A stretch of 32,000 nt of DNA from Zygophlyctis sp. KS116 (GCA_054661495.1 BAAFSQ010000018.1:30001-62000), one strand, 5' to 3'; counted from the stretch's first letter, positions 1 through 12,159 are shown. Numbers and translations: made by a program. Notes: a model not told the origin generated them from the sequence alone.

Positions 1-452
1 GGTATCTCAGAGAACAGTATGAGATAAAGAGAAGCAATGCATTTGATGAACTAGATGAATAGATTTCAAACCTCCAGGATCGAGGTTTCGGACAGATCGG
101 ATTTATCTATCAAATAGCCTAACTGATAATAAATGCACCATGTCTGATCATCATAAGAATTTATTTTTATTTTTGAGAATTATGGATGTACTGTTCCAAC
201 ATATCGCCCTAATGCTTTTTATTAATTGTTATAACGGGGATTCGGACGAGCGATTGTGAATCCATCAATACAAGGAAAGGGATAATTAAAAATAATATGA
301 TATCCGTGCCAATCGATTAATCATGTTGGATTTTCTTCTAAAAGGAAGTTTTACTTTACCATGCAGTATTTCGAACACCATGAATTATGGCGCATTGTCC
401 TCACGTCGATTGTCAAATAACTCTAAACTTTCGTAAACAATAAACAAAAAAA

Positions 453-849
453 ATGCTGCTTTAATCTCTCAAGAATTATATCGGGACGTTTGCTCTCACT
501 GTAATGATCTCAGGGACTGATGCAGCGGTTTCATGTGATTCAAGATCTTGTCAATGCTGCTGGGTTGTCCGATCATGGCAACTGATGGGGAAAAGCACAT
601 CAGTTTCTTCTACTAGTAGCACTGCATGTTGTTCGTTGAGTGGTGTGAGCTGTTCTGGATCTTCAGTTACAGAGATTTATTGGAACTCGAAATATCTTAC
701 AGGGACAATTCCTGCAGAACTCGGAAAGTTGACAAGTTTGACTTTACTGTAATTAAGTTCCAAATTTAAAATTCATGTTATCTGTACAACAACGATCTCA
801 GCGGATCAATTCCTGCAGAGTTTGGAAATTTGGGAAATTTAGTATACCT
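453..849 (+). pseudogene. LRR receptor-like gene family member (copy A), pseudogene
   Basis: ATG453 reads MLL*SLKNYIGTFALTVMISGTDAAVSC...CCWVVRSWQLMG, colinear with the intact paralogues (28 residues to the first Cys; exon 1 453-748 is 296 nt as in copy C). In-frame TAA at 462-464. Intron 749-777 ends CATG instead of AG. The 72-nt LRR exon 778-849 (YLYNNDLSGSIPAEFGNLGNLVYL) has no following GT donor, and no TM/tail exon follows. Confidence 0.8.
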
Positions 850-1014
850 CATCATATGCCTCTAATTGCAAGGCTACAGTGGATGAAATGACCGATAAAA
901 TGAGTAAGTAACAAATTTGGAAGATATCAATACTGCTATTGATCGCTCACAAAAAAGAAAAGAGAACTACATTAAAATCCTTGCGGTCTATCGCCATAAT
1001 AACTATGCGGTATA

Positions 1015-1474
1015 TCATCCATGATATTCTGCCTTTGTACTCCTTACAACTACAAGAATAGCTGTTCGCAATCCTCCTTGTTTGATTCCATACTTTTCAA
1101 GTTTCTCATCAGTCAAAGCAAGATCATCACTAGCCATAAGTTGATCATATTCAATATCTTCCTTATAGAATACTGCGCGTACTTGTTTCATCTGTTGTGG
1201 TTTTTTCACTGGATTCTTCAAAGCTTCTTCCAATTTTCCAAAGAATTGCTCCATTTCAGGGCTAAATTCAGCTACAGTTAGATACCGACTATTACCAATC
1301 TCCAACACAGGTATATTCATATCAACATCTTTATTTGCTTTCATAAAATTTAGTAACCTAGAATTAATAAAGAAAATATAACCTGTCTAGCTTTTCATTT
1401 TGAGAATCTAGTTTTTCATCAATCTTTTCCAACTCTTGCCGATTTTTGTCAATCAACTCTTCCAATAGATCCAT
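1015..1474 (-). CDS. Small protein with N-terminal coiled coil and C-terminal SAM-like domain (~144 aa)
   Basis: Exon 1474-1383 (MDLLEELIDKNRQELEKIDEKLDSQNEKLDR), 25-nt GT-AG intron 1382-1358, exon 1357-1015 in frame. The C-terminus F-KEDIEYDQL...LTDEKLEKYGIKQGGLRTAIL matches the SAM consensus (F..e.Id...L..Lt.e.L..lGI...G.R..Il). Confidence 0.65.
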
Positions 1475-1596
1475 CCTACGCCGCGACCGGAACCACAGTA
1501 TCGTTTAGAGAAAACTGCAAGTAAATTCCTTTGATTTTTTCAAACATCAAATTTTTGTCACAAAATAAACGCAAACACGAACCGTTCAACACGACA

Positions 1597-2512
1597 ATGG
1601 TTGACAGTATGTACGAGCCCACTCCGCCAAAGAGACTCTGTTTGGTCAATGAGTCAAGTTCCCCATCATTCTCTGAACTGTCAGTCAACAATGAACAAAA
1701 CACTTATAGTTTACGAAAAAAACGCCAACATTCTCCAATTAAATCTAGACTGCGGATTCGTGCCTTGTTAGATTACGGATTTGAAGACCCCGAGGCAAAT
1801 GGAATTCAACCACAAAAGGACGGTATTCAGATTGAAAAGCGGGTTACAAGGAGTAGTAATATTGAAAATGGTATCTATTCAGACTTAAATTTTAGAAGAT
1901 CAAAAGATTGCATTACCACTTATACCTCTAGATTCAAATCTAGTTGTTTCAATTACAGATTCAGACTATATAAGGGGGATTGCTGAATTATCAGTACATA
2001 TATTGATTGATAGTAATCTAAGTATACCAACAAAAACTGATATTCTAACTCCAAATTTCTCAATTATTTCTCAAAATATGCAAAATCATTCATTAAACTC
2101 TATAGAAGATATTTCTGATTCATCATTTATTAATAGGCACAGGAAGAAGGAATTGTTTGAGAAGAAAACAAAGAATCGTGCAAAAGAAGTTTATAGATAT
2201 GAATTGTATTCTAAAATGCTCAAAGAATCAAGTTCAAATTTAAAGAGTGAATCTTCACTAGTCAATTTTGAAAAAAACGTAGAAACAGATCAAGAATGGT
2301 ACAAGGATTTAATTCAAGGGAAGGAAAAGGCGGTTTTTAGAGTTGGAGTGTTTAATGGACAAGAATTATGGGGAATAGAACAAGATCGGTTAGAGGAATT
2401 GATCAAATCAAAGGAAATTCAGTCTGATTATTTACCTGTAAATACACCTATAGAGACTATGGAATTATCTTGTAAAAAGGATAGATCAACAAGGAAAAAA
2501 ATATCAAAATAA
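1597..2512 (+). CDS. PEHE/SAS4-like motif protein (possible MYST HAT complex subunit), ~296 aa
   Basis: A 25-nt intron 1871-1895 joins the two ORFs in frame. ILTPNF...IEDISDSSFINRHRKKELFEKKTK resembles the PEHE motif of MSL1/KANSL1 (I.vPsW...EdlsD..F.kRH.k.E..E). Confidence 0.55.
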
Positions 2513-2581
2513 ATTGTTTTTTGTTCATGTTTTGCTAGTGTGACGTTTACGCTACGTCATTTTTAATTTTTACAGCTGAAT

Positions 2582-4007
2582 ATGCTTCATGAGCCACAAA
2601 TTTCAAATGAAGCCATCAAACTTAATTGGCCAAATGAATGTCAAACGATTGTAAAACTATGTCCGCTTCTTCTAGCTGGGATGTCTGGGAATAGACCAAC
2701 TATGCATCATTTGATAAAATCTGAAACTAATCTAAATTCAAGCCTGCCATGCCAAGAGAAAATAAATCTACCAAACTTGAATTCTGAAAGAATAATGATG
2801 CTCAAGAGTAATGGCAATAATGGCAATGATGGGCGAAAAGCCCCAGGCTCTCAAAGAGCCGTAATTCATTCCAAAAAACTGTTTGAAGAATTGATCATGC
2901 CGCCAATACCCCATTCTCCCAACGATAATCAAACAAATGTTAAAAGTAATCATAAGCCTACTAGTTATATTCCTGCAGATAGTACGGCTTCGCAATCAGA
3001 TACAAGGACGATTTTAAGACCTGCCAGAAGGATAAAAGACTGTATATATAAATTTGGAAGAAATGAAACTCAACAAGCATCACCTCGTTTAATTCAAGCT
3101 GATAAAATCCAATCTAATCAAGACTTATTCATAGATGATCGTAATTTTACTAGATCCTATTATAATCGAAAAAATGAAAAGGATATTTATTCAAAACCGC
3201 CAAATATGCGTAGAGTTCATTTAAAAATTAGTGCTAGCGATCCAGAATATGGAATAAACCAGAATTGGATCACATCTTGGGAACCAACCGATGAATTTAT
3301 CCATAAATCTTTGAAAAATGTCTCCCTTAAATCGGCGAATGGGGAACTAATGAAGAGAAGACAAATTCAGTCTCAGCAAAAGAATCAAAGAAATAAAGAT
3401 TATCTCAAACCTCAAGGCGAAATAACCAAGGATTCATATGGCCCATATTCTTTACCAAAACGACAAGAGTACAAACCGCTAGATGGTGAGTTTGTTGCCC
3501 ACTTGGTAGAAGTTCAAACGGGCCATGTCGCTCATCATCATCGAAAAATGAGACCAACTCTGGGAGTTTCAAAGTTGCAAAAGGAGACGAAACTGATTCA
3601 TATTGGGCCTTCAACAAAACAAATGAATCAAAGTTTTTTGAATGAAGATCCTGATGACCTGGATCTTGCATTACAGATTTGCAACTTATCTCTAGAAGAA
3701 AAATCATTTATTCAAGATCTATCAAATTTAACTCATAAACTGGAATTGTCCTATAGAAGAGCTAAAAACAAGAGAAAGAAGAAAAGTTCTCACTTGTTCC
3801 GAAATCTTCAATCCCATGTCGAACATTTAGTTAATTCAGGAACTTGCGATAACATGGCTGATGTTCTACGATCTCAAATGGAAAAATTCCTAAATGCTTG
3901 TAGAAAAGATCAGATATTTTTAGATGTAAGTTTACGCTGAAGGTAAAAATTAGACGATAAGTTTGGATTACAATCCATGGGCTAAAAACGATTCTGAAAC
4001 ATCTTAA
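2582..4007 (+). CDS. Hypothetical basic, largely disordered protein
   Basis: 452-codon ORF. Likely 28-nt intron 3926-3953, then terminal exon TISLDYNPWAKNDSETS* (TAA 4005-4007). No recognised domain; start uncertain. Confidence 0.6.
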
Positions 4008-4129
4008 TTTATTTTTCTGGTTTTATAGCTTTTTTTAATAGATCTGACTTGATAGACATTTCTAAATCGGTTGCAGTTGACTGAAGTTTAGATGCGATGC
4101 TAGAGTCTAAATATTAGAGTGATTTACGA

Positions 4130-4671
4130 TTAATTACTTTTAAGAATATTTGCACTGTATAGATCAGAAACTTCTGGTCTTGCTTCCATTTCTTTCTTTA
4201 ATGCATCTGCTTTAATTGCTTTTTCTAATTCAACCGCATTCTTCTGAAGCAACGGCGCAATTCCTTGAGCCGGCATGATAGACTTTGAGATTTCTTCATT
4301 TCTTTGAGAAAGATTATGTTTCAATGTGTCGACGGCAATGGCTTTTTGCAATGATTCTGCATTGGACTGTAGACTAGGTGCCAGCGATGTATCTAAACGT
4401 TAGATCGAATCATTAAAATACTCTTCAACACATTCATTTCTACCAAATCTTCCTTTTTTGGTCTATGATCAATAGCATTTTCAATCATGGCTGAGCTTGC
4501 ATGCAAAGCTGGTGCGACTGAAACTGGAGCTAATGGGTAAAAGTAAAATATCAACCTTGCAGAATATGATTCTCAAGTAAAGTGGATGGGGACGGACGAT
4601 CATGAAGTTTTTTCTCAAGGATCTTTACTGCATCTGATGATTAAGATGTTGGTAGTTTTACCTGAATTCAT
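4130..4671 (-). CDS. RPEL-repeat protein (G-actin-binding motif family)
   Basis: Four exons splice in frame. Repeats LEKKLHDRPSPSTLLENHIL, IENAIDHRPKKEDLVEMNVL and LKKEMEARPEVSDLYSANIL, with APALH/APSLQ/APLLQ linkers typical of fungal RPEL proteins. Confidence 0.8.
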
Positions 4672-4742
4672 TTATGAACGTTTGTTTACGTTTTGTCATA
4701 TGATCAAACATTCAACATATAATATGAAAAATATCTATTAAT

Positions 4743-7376
4743 TTAAGCAGCTATTGGTCTATTGCGGCTTATTGGGATCTTTTTTTGATTTCTTCGCTGA
4801 GTATTCTTTTTTGCATTATAATATGGAAGGGAATCAGGATCTTCTGCAGACATTCTCTCTAATTGTAGCCGATCAAACTTTTCTCCAATATCTAAAACAT
4901 CCTATAATTTAGGTTTTTATAATTACCTCTCCTTGAGAATTTAATATAGTTTGAGCATAACGCTGTCCGCCGCCATAAATTGATTCATACCATAGTTCAA
5001 ATTCAGTCATGAATTTTTCACGGCATTGATCTACTAAATGATTGCAGTAATCAATTTCTGATCGGACATTCTTAAGATCTTCATGGATCTTTTGATATTC
5101 TTGTTTTAGAGGTTTTATCGACTGGATCATTTTATATTCTTCTTCATCAATGATAACTTTTTGAGCCACTATTCCTTTTGATACTAAAGTTAATCGTAAG
5201 TTTTAATACCCAATGCTTCTCGTTCAGCTTTTCTAGAATCTATCTCGGTTTTGATTGAGTCCATTTTTGTTTTTAAATTATTTAGTTTCTCTGCAGTGTC
5301 TCTTGCAATCTTTCTTTTTTCCTTCAAATTATCTAATAATAAAACATTGAAATATTTACTCTTGTTCTCAATGAGATTTTGATACATATGAAGACCCTTT
5401 TCAGCTTTAAATGTCTCAAACTCTTCAGCACGACTTAGTGGGGCTCCAGGACGACGATCCTTTCTAAAAACATTTGTATCTGAAATTTCTACTTGGCGAA
5501 GTATAGTTCCCGGAGTTTCTAAAAGTGTCTAGTTTAAGATACATTAGTGTCTTACCGTATGTGTTTCTTCAAGTAGGTTTGTCAGTGAATTCTTGGCAGA
5601 ACCAGATGACAAAACTTGTTGCAAGGTTTTTCTTGAAGAAGGCTTCCGGACAAGTTCCTTATGAGGCGTTTTAAAACTACCCGTTTTGCCTCCACTTGGC
5701 GCCTTGTCATTTATAAAGCAATATTTTACCAATCCAATTCCAAAACCAGCTCCATCAACCTCTCCCACGCCATCATCTTTATCAGACTCAATCGGTATAC
5801 GCTTTGATTATAAACAACTTTCTTACATTATTTACTTCAGCTGCAGTATTGGCATTAGTTTCCCGCCTTCCACTTACACTTGATGGATTCCGAATCAGGC
5901 TATCTTTTTCGGCTTCAATTTCCTTATAAATATTTTTAAATAGGTACATTATCTCTCTGATTTGTCTTAAATTGATTATCTAGAAATTAACATTTCATTT
6001 CTACCTCGACTTCTTCGGCTTCACCATTTAAAAATGTTTTGATTTGTTTTTGTAGATCAAACCTTTGAGCATCTGAATAGGCTTCATATTGAATATGACT
6101 TCTGTTTGACAAGGTATCATGCATTGATAATTCTTGCTTCAAATCTCTAATTTCTCTTTCATATTTCTTGATTAAGGCCAACGGATCATATTGAACATTG
6201 ATTTCTGGAATATTGGTAACACACATCATTCGAGTAGCAAATCTTAGGGTAGATATGGTTTCTTCTATGTGTTCTTTTTCTCCCCATATATTTGCAATCA
6301 TAAGTGTATTACAATTTCCACCTAATGAATCTTTTAATACATGTGTCATTTTAGATTGTCTGTATGGAATATGATCTCTAAAGATAAATTATAAGAGTTA
6401 CCTTTTTTTGTCTGCCAAAGCAATAATTACTTGTTCAAGAAAGGTTAATGACCTATTAATGTACATTGCCTCTTTTAACGTAATACCATTAGTTTCAGTT
6501 TTTGAAAGTCTTTCAGATCCAGCCAAATCTACCAAATTTAACTTTGATGATATGACTTTTTCTGATGACTCTACACGAGATCTAGATTCAAGATGAATTG
6601 TAAAAATGCAATGAGATCTATAATAAGTGTTAAAAGGCTCGAAATTACCTTGATGAAATTTTGTTTAGCTGATGCTCAGAAATCGATCTATTCATTTCAC
6701 CTTCAAACAAAAGATTTAATGCCTCTTCTTCAGAAGTCACTAATGCAGTATTAAGACCTTTTACATAAGTAGATCCTATAATTTAAAATGATTAAAATAC
6801 CATTTTTCTCTTCGACAACTGTTAACTGATTTGAATATTTATTTTCTTCTGAAAGATTAGAAAGCAAATCAATCATTGATTCCTTATAAATTTCTACATA
6901 AGATATCCGGACATTAAAAGCTGATTGTGGCCTATCTGCAATTTCTTTAAACGTTTGTGCTATAGCTCTTGGGATTATTCCCCGATGTTTGAAATTTTCA
7001 GTGGCACCAGTCCTATCATATTAAAGAGAATTTAGAAGGAATATAATAAAAAAAAATCTTACATTGTAAATGTTTTCCCTGCTCCAGTTTGCCCATACGC
7101 AAGAATAGTCCCATTATATCCATCTAATAGATTTTTAACAATCGGAGCTCCACATTCTTCATAAACCATCTCTTGTGAAGCATTATGCATTAGATGATCA
7201 AATCTAAAATCCCAATCTTCTTGCTGATTGTTAATATAACCTCCGTCTGCATTCTTTGGAATATGTATATGAATATGTTTCTTGTCTTTAGAGAAATTTA
7301 GAATATCCTGAGCAAATGCTGCTGTTGGTCTTGTCCGAATCACAACTTTTACATGTTTAGACTTGAATGAATTCAT
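4743..7376 (-). CDS. KIF9: Kinesin-9 family motor (KIF9/Klp1-like, axonemal), multi-exon
   Basis: P-loop [48 protein letters not shown]9-type N-terminus ([13 protein letters not shown]...[10 protein letters not shown]) and C-terminal coiled coil; stop TAA 4743-4745. Confidence 0.9.
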
Positions 7377-7563
7377 TTCAAGGAAGTTTTACGAATGACG
7401 TCAAATAGTAAAGTGATGCACTTTATGTTTTTATTACTGATCGGCATTTATACTAATCTTGATTATGATTAACGGGATGTATTTATTGCGTGTTAATACT
7501 TACATCAGTAGCTTATGATCGTTGGAAAATCATGATGGATCTTATTTTGGACAGAATGCAACC

Positions 7564-10500
7564 ATGATAGGTTTTAAAACAGGATGGATAGAAAGATCAA
7601 GCAGATCAAACAGATCATATCACTGGAAAAGGTCAAGGAAGCAGAAAATAAATCCTTGCAAGTTAATTAGAATGTCCTCTACTTGGACATGCAACAAAGT
7701 TCGGAAAACATTTATTGATTATTTCTCTGGTAATGGACACACTTTTATCCCTTCATCGGCAACAATTCCATTTGATGATCCGACGCTGCTATTTACTAAT
7801 TCTGGAATGAATCAGGTAATTAAAGATCTAATCTCTAGTTTAAACCGATATTTCTAGGAACCGTTGATCCAAACTCTGATTTCTCTAAATTAACTAGAGC
7901 GGCCAACTCACAGAAATGCATTCGTGCTGGTGGGAAACATAATGATCTGGAAGATGTTGGAAGAGACACTTATCATCATACATTTTTTGAAATGTTGGGG
8001 AATTGGTCGTTTGGAAACTATTTTAAAAAGGAAGCAATTCAAATGAGTTGGGAGCTTTTGACCAAGGTTTACGGCCTTTCTCCTGATCGTTTATATGTGA
8101 CTTACTTTGAAGGAGATGCAAGTTTAAAGTTATTGCCAGATCTAGAAGCAAAACAATTATGGTTAGATGTCGGTGTGCCAGAAGATCATATCATTCCTGG
8201 TAATTCAAAAGATAACTTTTGGGGTAATCTATTATATTTTAAGTATACAGAAATGGGAGATCAAGGTCCATGTGGTCCTTGCTCTGAAATTCATTTCGAT
8301 CGTATTGGAGGTAGAAATGCCTCCTCTTTGGTAAATCAAGACGATCCAGATGTTTTGGAAATTTGGAATTTAGTTTTTATGCAATTTAATAGGGAATCAG
8401 ATCGATCCTTAAAGGCCTTACCAAACGCTCATATTGATACGGGTATGGGTTTAGAACGATTAGTCTCTGTTTTGCAGGATAAAAGATCTAATTATGATAC
8501 TGATGTGTTTACTGGGATTTTTTTTAAGATTCAAGAGTTAACAGGCGCTAGGAGTTATAAAGGTCTGGTCGGAAAAGATGATGTGGATGGGATTGATACT
8601 GCTTATCGTGTTGTAGCCGATCATGTGCGTACACTTACATTTGCACTTAGTGATGGTGGAATACCGTCAAATGATGGAAGGGGTTATGTACTTCGTAGAA
8701 TATTACGTAGAGGAGCTAGATATGTCCGAAAAAAGTTTGATGTGCCGATTGGAAATTTCTTTTCTAGATTAGCAGATACCGTTATTGAGGAAATGGTATA
8801 TTTTTATTTCTTAATTATAGGGTGGAGCATTCCCAGAATTGACAAGGCGTGTAGATGAAGTCAAGGAAATTCTTGATGAAGAAGAGAAAAGTTTTGCAAA
8901 GACTTTGGATCGTGGCGAACGACTTTTTAGTGATTATTTGGAAAAAACTAAATCTTCTGGAGCAAAGGTTATGAATGGTGCAGATGTCTGGAGACTTTAT
9001 GATACTTATGGATTTCCATCTGATTTGACTCGGCTCATGGCAGAAGAAAGCGGAATGAAAATTAATGAAGAAGAGTTTGAAAAAGAAAAAGAGATCTCAA
9101 AAGAAAAATCGAAAGGAATCAGTTCTAAATCTGGGGATGAAATTATTGCGCTGGATATTCATGCTCTGGGTGATTTGGAGAAACATTTAAAAATTCCTGT
9201 AACTGATGACAGTTTTAAATATGGTAAGTACGGTCGAATTTTATATTTAGGATCTGATGATATCGATTCCAATATTTTGGCGATTCATTGCAAAAAATCA
9301 TTTGCTCAGAACTTTAACAATCTCGAGGGTCAGCGTGTTGGATTGGTTCTTGATAGGACTAATTTCTATGCTGAATCTGGAGGTCAAACATTTGATACTG
9401 GCTCAATTACAATTGATGGAAAAGCAGATTTTTGTGTGGAAGAAGTTCAGGTATTTGGTGGATATGTTTTGCATATTGGATATCTTAAATACGGAGAAAT
9501 TGCTGTTGGGGATAAAGTGGTTTGTTCATTTGATGAGCTCAGACGATGGCCACTTCGTAACAATCATACTGGAACTCATATACTGAATTACGCTTTATTG
9601 GAAACAGTTGGATCTGGGGTTGATCAAAAAGGCTCGCTTGTAGCCCCCGATAAGCTTCGATTCGACTTTTCTTGCAAATCAGCATTAAATATTAACCAGG
9701 TTAAAAAAGTAGAGGACATAGTTAATGAAAAGATTAAGAGGAATGTTAAAGTTTACTATAAGGATATCCCACTATCAATAGCAAAATCAATATCCGGAGT
9801 ACGTGCAGTATTTGGGGAGGTAGTCTTTTATTTGTAAAAAAATAGGTGTATCCAGATCCAGTAAGAGTCGTGTCAGTTGGATATGATATTGACGAAATTC
9901 TCAAGAACCCTGCTGATCCTAAATGGTCCGATACTTCAATTGAATTCTGTGGTGGTACTCATGTTTATCAAACTGGAGATATCATAAGATTAACTATACT
10001 TGAGGAAACAAGTATCTCCAAGGGGGTCCGCCGTATTATCGCTGTAACCGGTGAAGAAGCGTCTATTTTTCATCGAATCGCAGATGACTTCCAAAAAAAG
10101 ATTTTGTCTTTGGAGAAAATGAATGGTAGTGATTTGGGCTCAGCAATAAAGAATCTAGCCAAAGTATGCTATATTTTATCATAATATTCATAGGAACTAG
10201 ACTCAACATCAATGCCTATATTGAGAAAACATGAATTGCGTGAAATGTTCACCACCATCAAGAAGAGATTTGCAGATGAAGACAAGGCACTTAAAGCCAA
10301 AGAATCAAAAGAGGTATTTAATATAGACTTAATTATAGGCGATTGAATCAATTAATAGTTATTTTGAAAAAAATCAGGATTCTTCTTTTATTGTTAAAGT
10401 GGTCTCAAAAACTGGGAATGCTAGTGCTGCTAATTCCGCGATACAACATGTTAAATCTCTTAAAGATAAAGCAGCTCTTTTCATGGCTGTAGATCCGGAA

Positions 10501-10738
10501 TCGTCAAAAATTACCCATATGTGTGTTGTCTCTCCTGTAAATATACTTATATTTTAATTTGAAGGTATTAGTTGAAAAAGGATTGAAGGCGGTGGATTGG
10601 GCAGCAGTTGTGTCTGACAAAATTGGAGGAAAGAAGGGTGGAAATGAAGGATCAGCTCAAGGGGCGGGAACCAATGTAGACCAAGTAGATGAAGCAATAA
10701 AATTGGCTACTGATTTCGCCCATAAGCTCTTAATATAA
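7564..10738 (+). CDS. ALA1: Alanyl-tRNA synthetase (cytosolic start 7672; possible mitochondrial isoform from 7564)
   Basis: [52 protein letters not shown], editing motifs HTGTH and EFCGGTH, C-terminal GGKKGG...AQGAG. Multiple short introns; stop 10736-10738. Confidence 0.95.
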
Positions 10739-10795
10739 AAAGTTTTTATTTTTACTTTGAAATGATTGAATATCATATTTATCGTGAGATATTTT

Positions 10796-11985
10796 TCACT
10801 CCAATTCCCTTGAATTATGATCAACTAGTTCAATTTTCGATTCAGTTGAACTTTGCTCCACTTCTTTGACATTTAACTCCATTGAATCTTTTTCGACTGT
10901 TTCAGCATTTGACTCCATTGAGCCTTGTTCGACTGTTTCAGCAGTTGAATCCATTACCATTTCAGAATTAGATTCGATTTCGACGGAATCTTGTTCAACC
11001 GCCAAAGTCTTTGATTCCTTTTCTCCTAAATCTGACAAATCATTTAATGATTCCTTAATGACAGATTCTACAAAATTCGTAATTTGATCATTAGAATGAT
11101 CATTTACTTGATCTTGTAAAATTGATCTCCACTTATTCATTAAAATGTGAGCTCTATTCACAATGTCAAAAGAATCTTGAGGTAATTCTAATTTCGAGAC
11201 AAACTTTAACACTTTTCCAATTTTCGATTCTTTAAAAAGTTGATAATCTACTGGAAATTCTTCTGCTTCCTTCATATAAGCATCCACCTTTACAAAATCG
11301 TGTTCAGTCTTTGTTTGAGAGTTTATAAACTTTTGTAATTTGACTCGAAGTCTCAACAAATTTTCTAAACTTGATTTTTTCTCTTTGGGTAGTAGAGTTT
11401 GATTATTTATAATTTTTGCGACTGATGTCTTTTCCTTTTTCTTCCCTGGAGGTTGTAAAGAATCTTTTCTTTTTCTTGAATTTTTAAGATTTGAAACTTC
11501 CTGATTATAGTCTTCTTCCTCCTTTTTCCTCAATTCTGATTCCTTTTCCAACTTTTTAGCCTTTTTCTTTTCAGCCTTTTCAGCATTTTTAGCAGCCATA
11601 GAATTCTTGTAGAGTAATTCATTCTCTTCAAATCGGGCTTGATCAGCAGCTCTTAATTCTGGATCAGAAGCCAATTGTACAGCGGTTTGATAATATTTAG
11701 TTTTTTGATTTGGCTTGTACATTTTGTCATAGTTTTCCTTGAAATCAAAAAGGTTAGAGGATGCGACCCAAGAAAAGTCTCGAGAACCAAAGAAATGTAT
11801 CAAAATATTCTCTGGCGGTGCCACAAGTCCTTTATTTTTAGGTTGGGCTTCCATCACTGAGTGGGGTGCAGAGGAAGGAGGTACCAACTATACTTTATTT
11901 TATCCCAACTTACTTCCCCTGGCCATTCTGGATATCCTTTGACTTTTGCCCAGACGATATCTCCAATCGCAAACTCCCTTGACAT
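10796..11985 (-). CDS. PWWP-domain chromatin protein with central helical (TFIIS-N/IBD-like) domain and acidic tail
   Basis: Exon 1 11985-11914 reads MSREFAIGDIVWAKVKGYPEWPGE; 26-nt intron 11913-11888; then IHFFGSRDFSWV (PWWP) and LFKESKIGKVLK...AHILMNKW (TFIIS-N-like). Confidence 0.85.
10845..11000 (-). repeat. Coding tandem repeat, ~36-nt (12-aa) unit, in the PWWP protein tail
   Basis: tcgactgtttcagca recurs at 10893 and 10929; protein AETVEQGSMESN / AETVEKDSMELN / VKEVEQSSTESK. Confidence 0.7.
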
Positions 11986-12159
11986 TTTTCAGCTTTGTAA
12001 ATCCTAATAATTGCTTTAAAAATTCTAATAATACGTGCTATAAAATCCTAATAAAATTCTGCGTGATTTAGACCAGACAAAGAGTTTTTAGGGAGATCAT
12101 ATACTGTGACAAATTAAATCTAGTAAAATCATTCTTCTAAACAATGACTATCAATAAAT

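Noticed and set aside
225-335. Weak similarity between upstream regions of LRR copies A and C (TATAA..GGGA..TCG..GAGC; AATCGAT)
   Set aside because: Short, gapped and differently spaced; cannot be told apart from chance by eye.
462-464. In-frame TAA as evidence of a TAA/TAG=Gln genetic code (as in some aphelids)
   Set aside because: Conserved genes (RPL30, DARS2, GCN3, AlaRS) end in TAA and long exons have no internal TAR; copy A has other inactivating lesions.
1531-2512. Apparent frameshifts between consecutive ORFs here and in AlaRS, DARS2, FOL3 and TAF2
   Set aside because: Those I checked are resolved by a short canonical GT-AG intron; no programmed frameshifting is needed.
7013-7062. 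50-nt KIF9 intron as a second ncRNA host
   Set aside because: Poly-T/AT-rich, with no complete C/D or H/ACA box set and too short.
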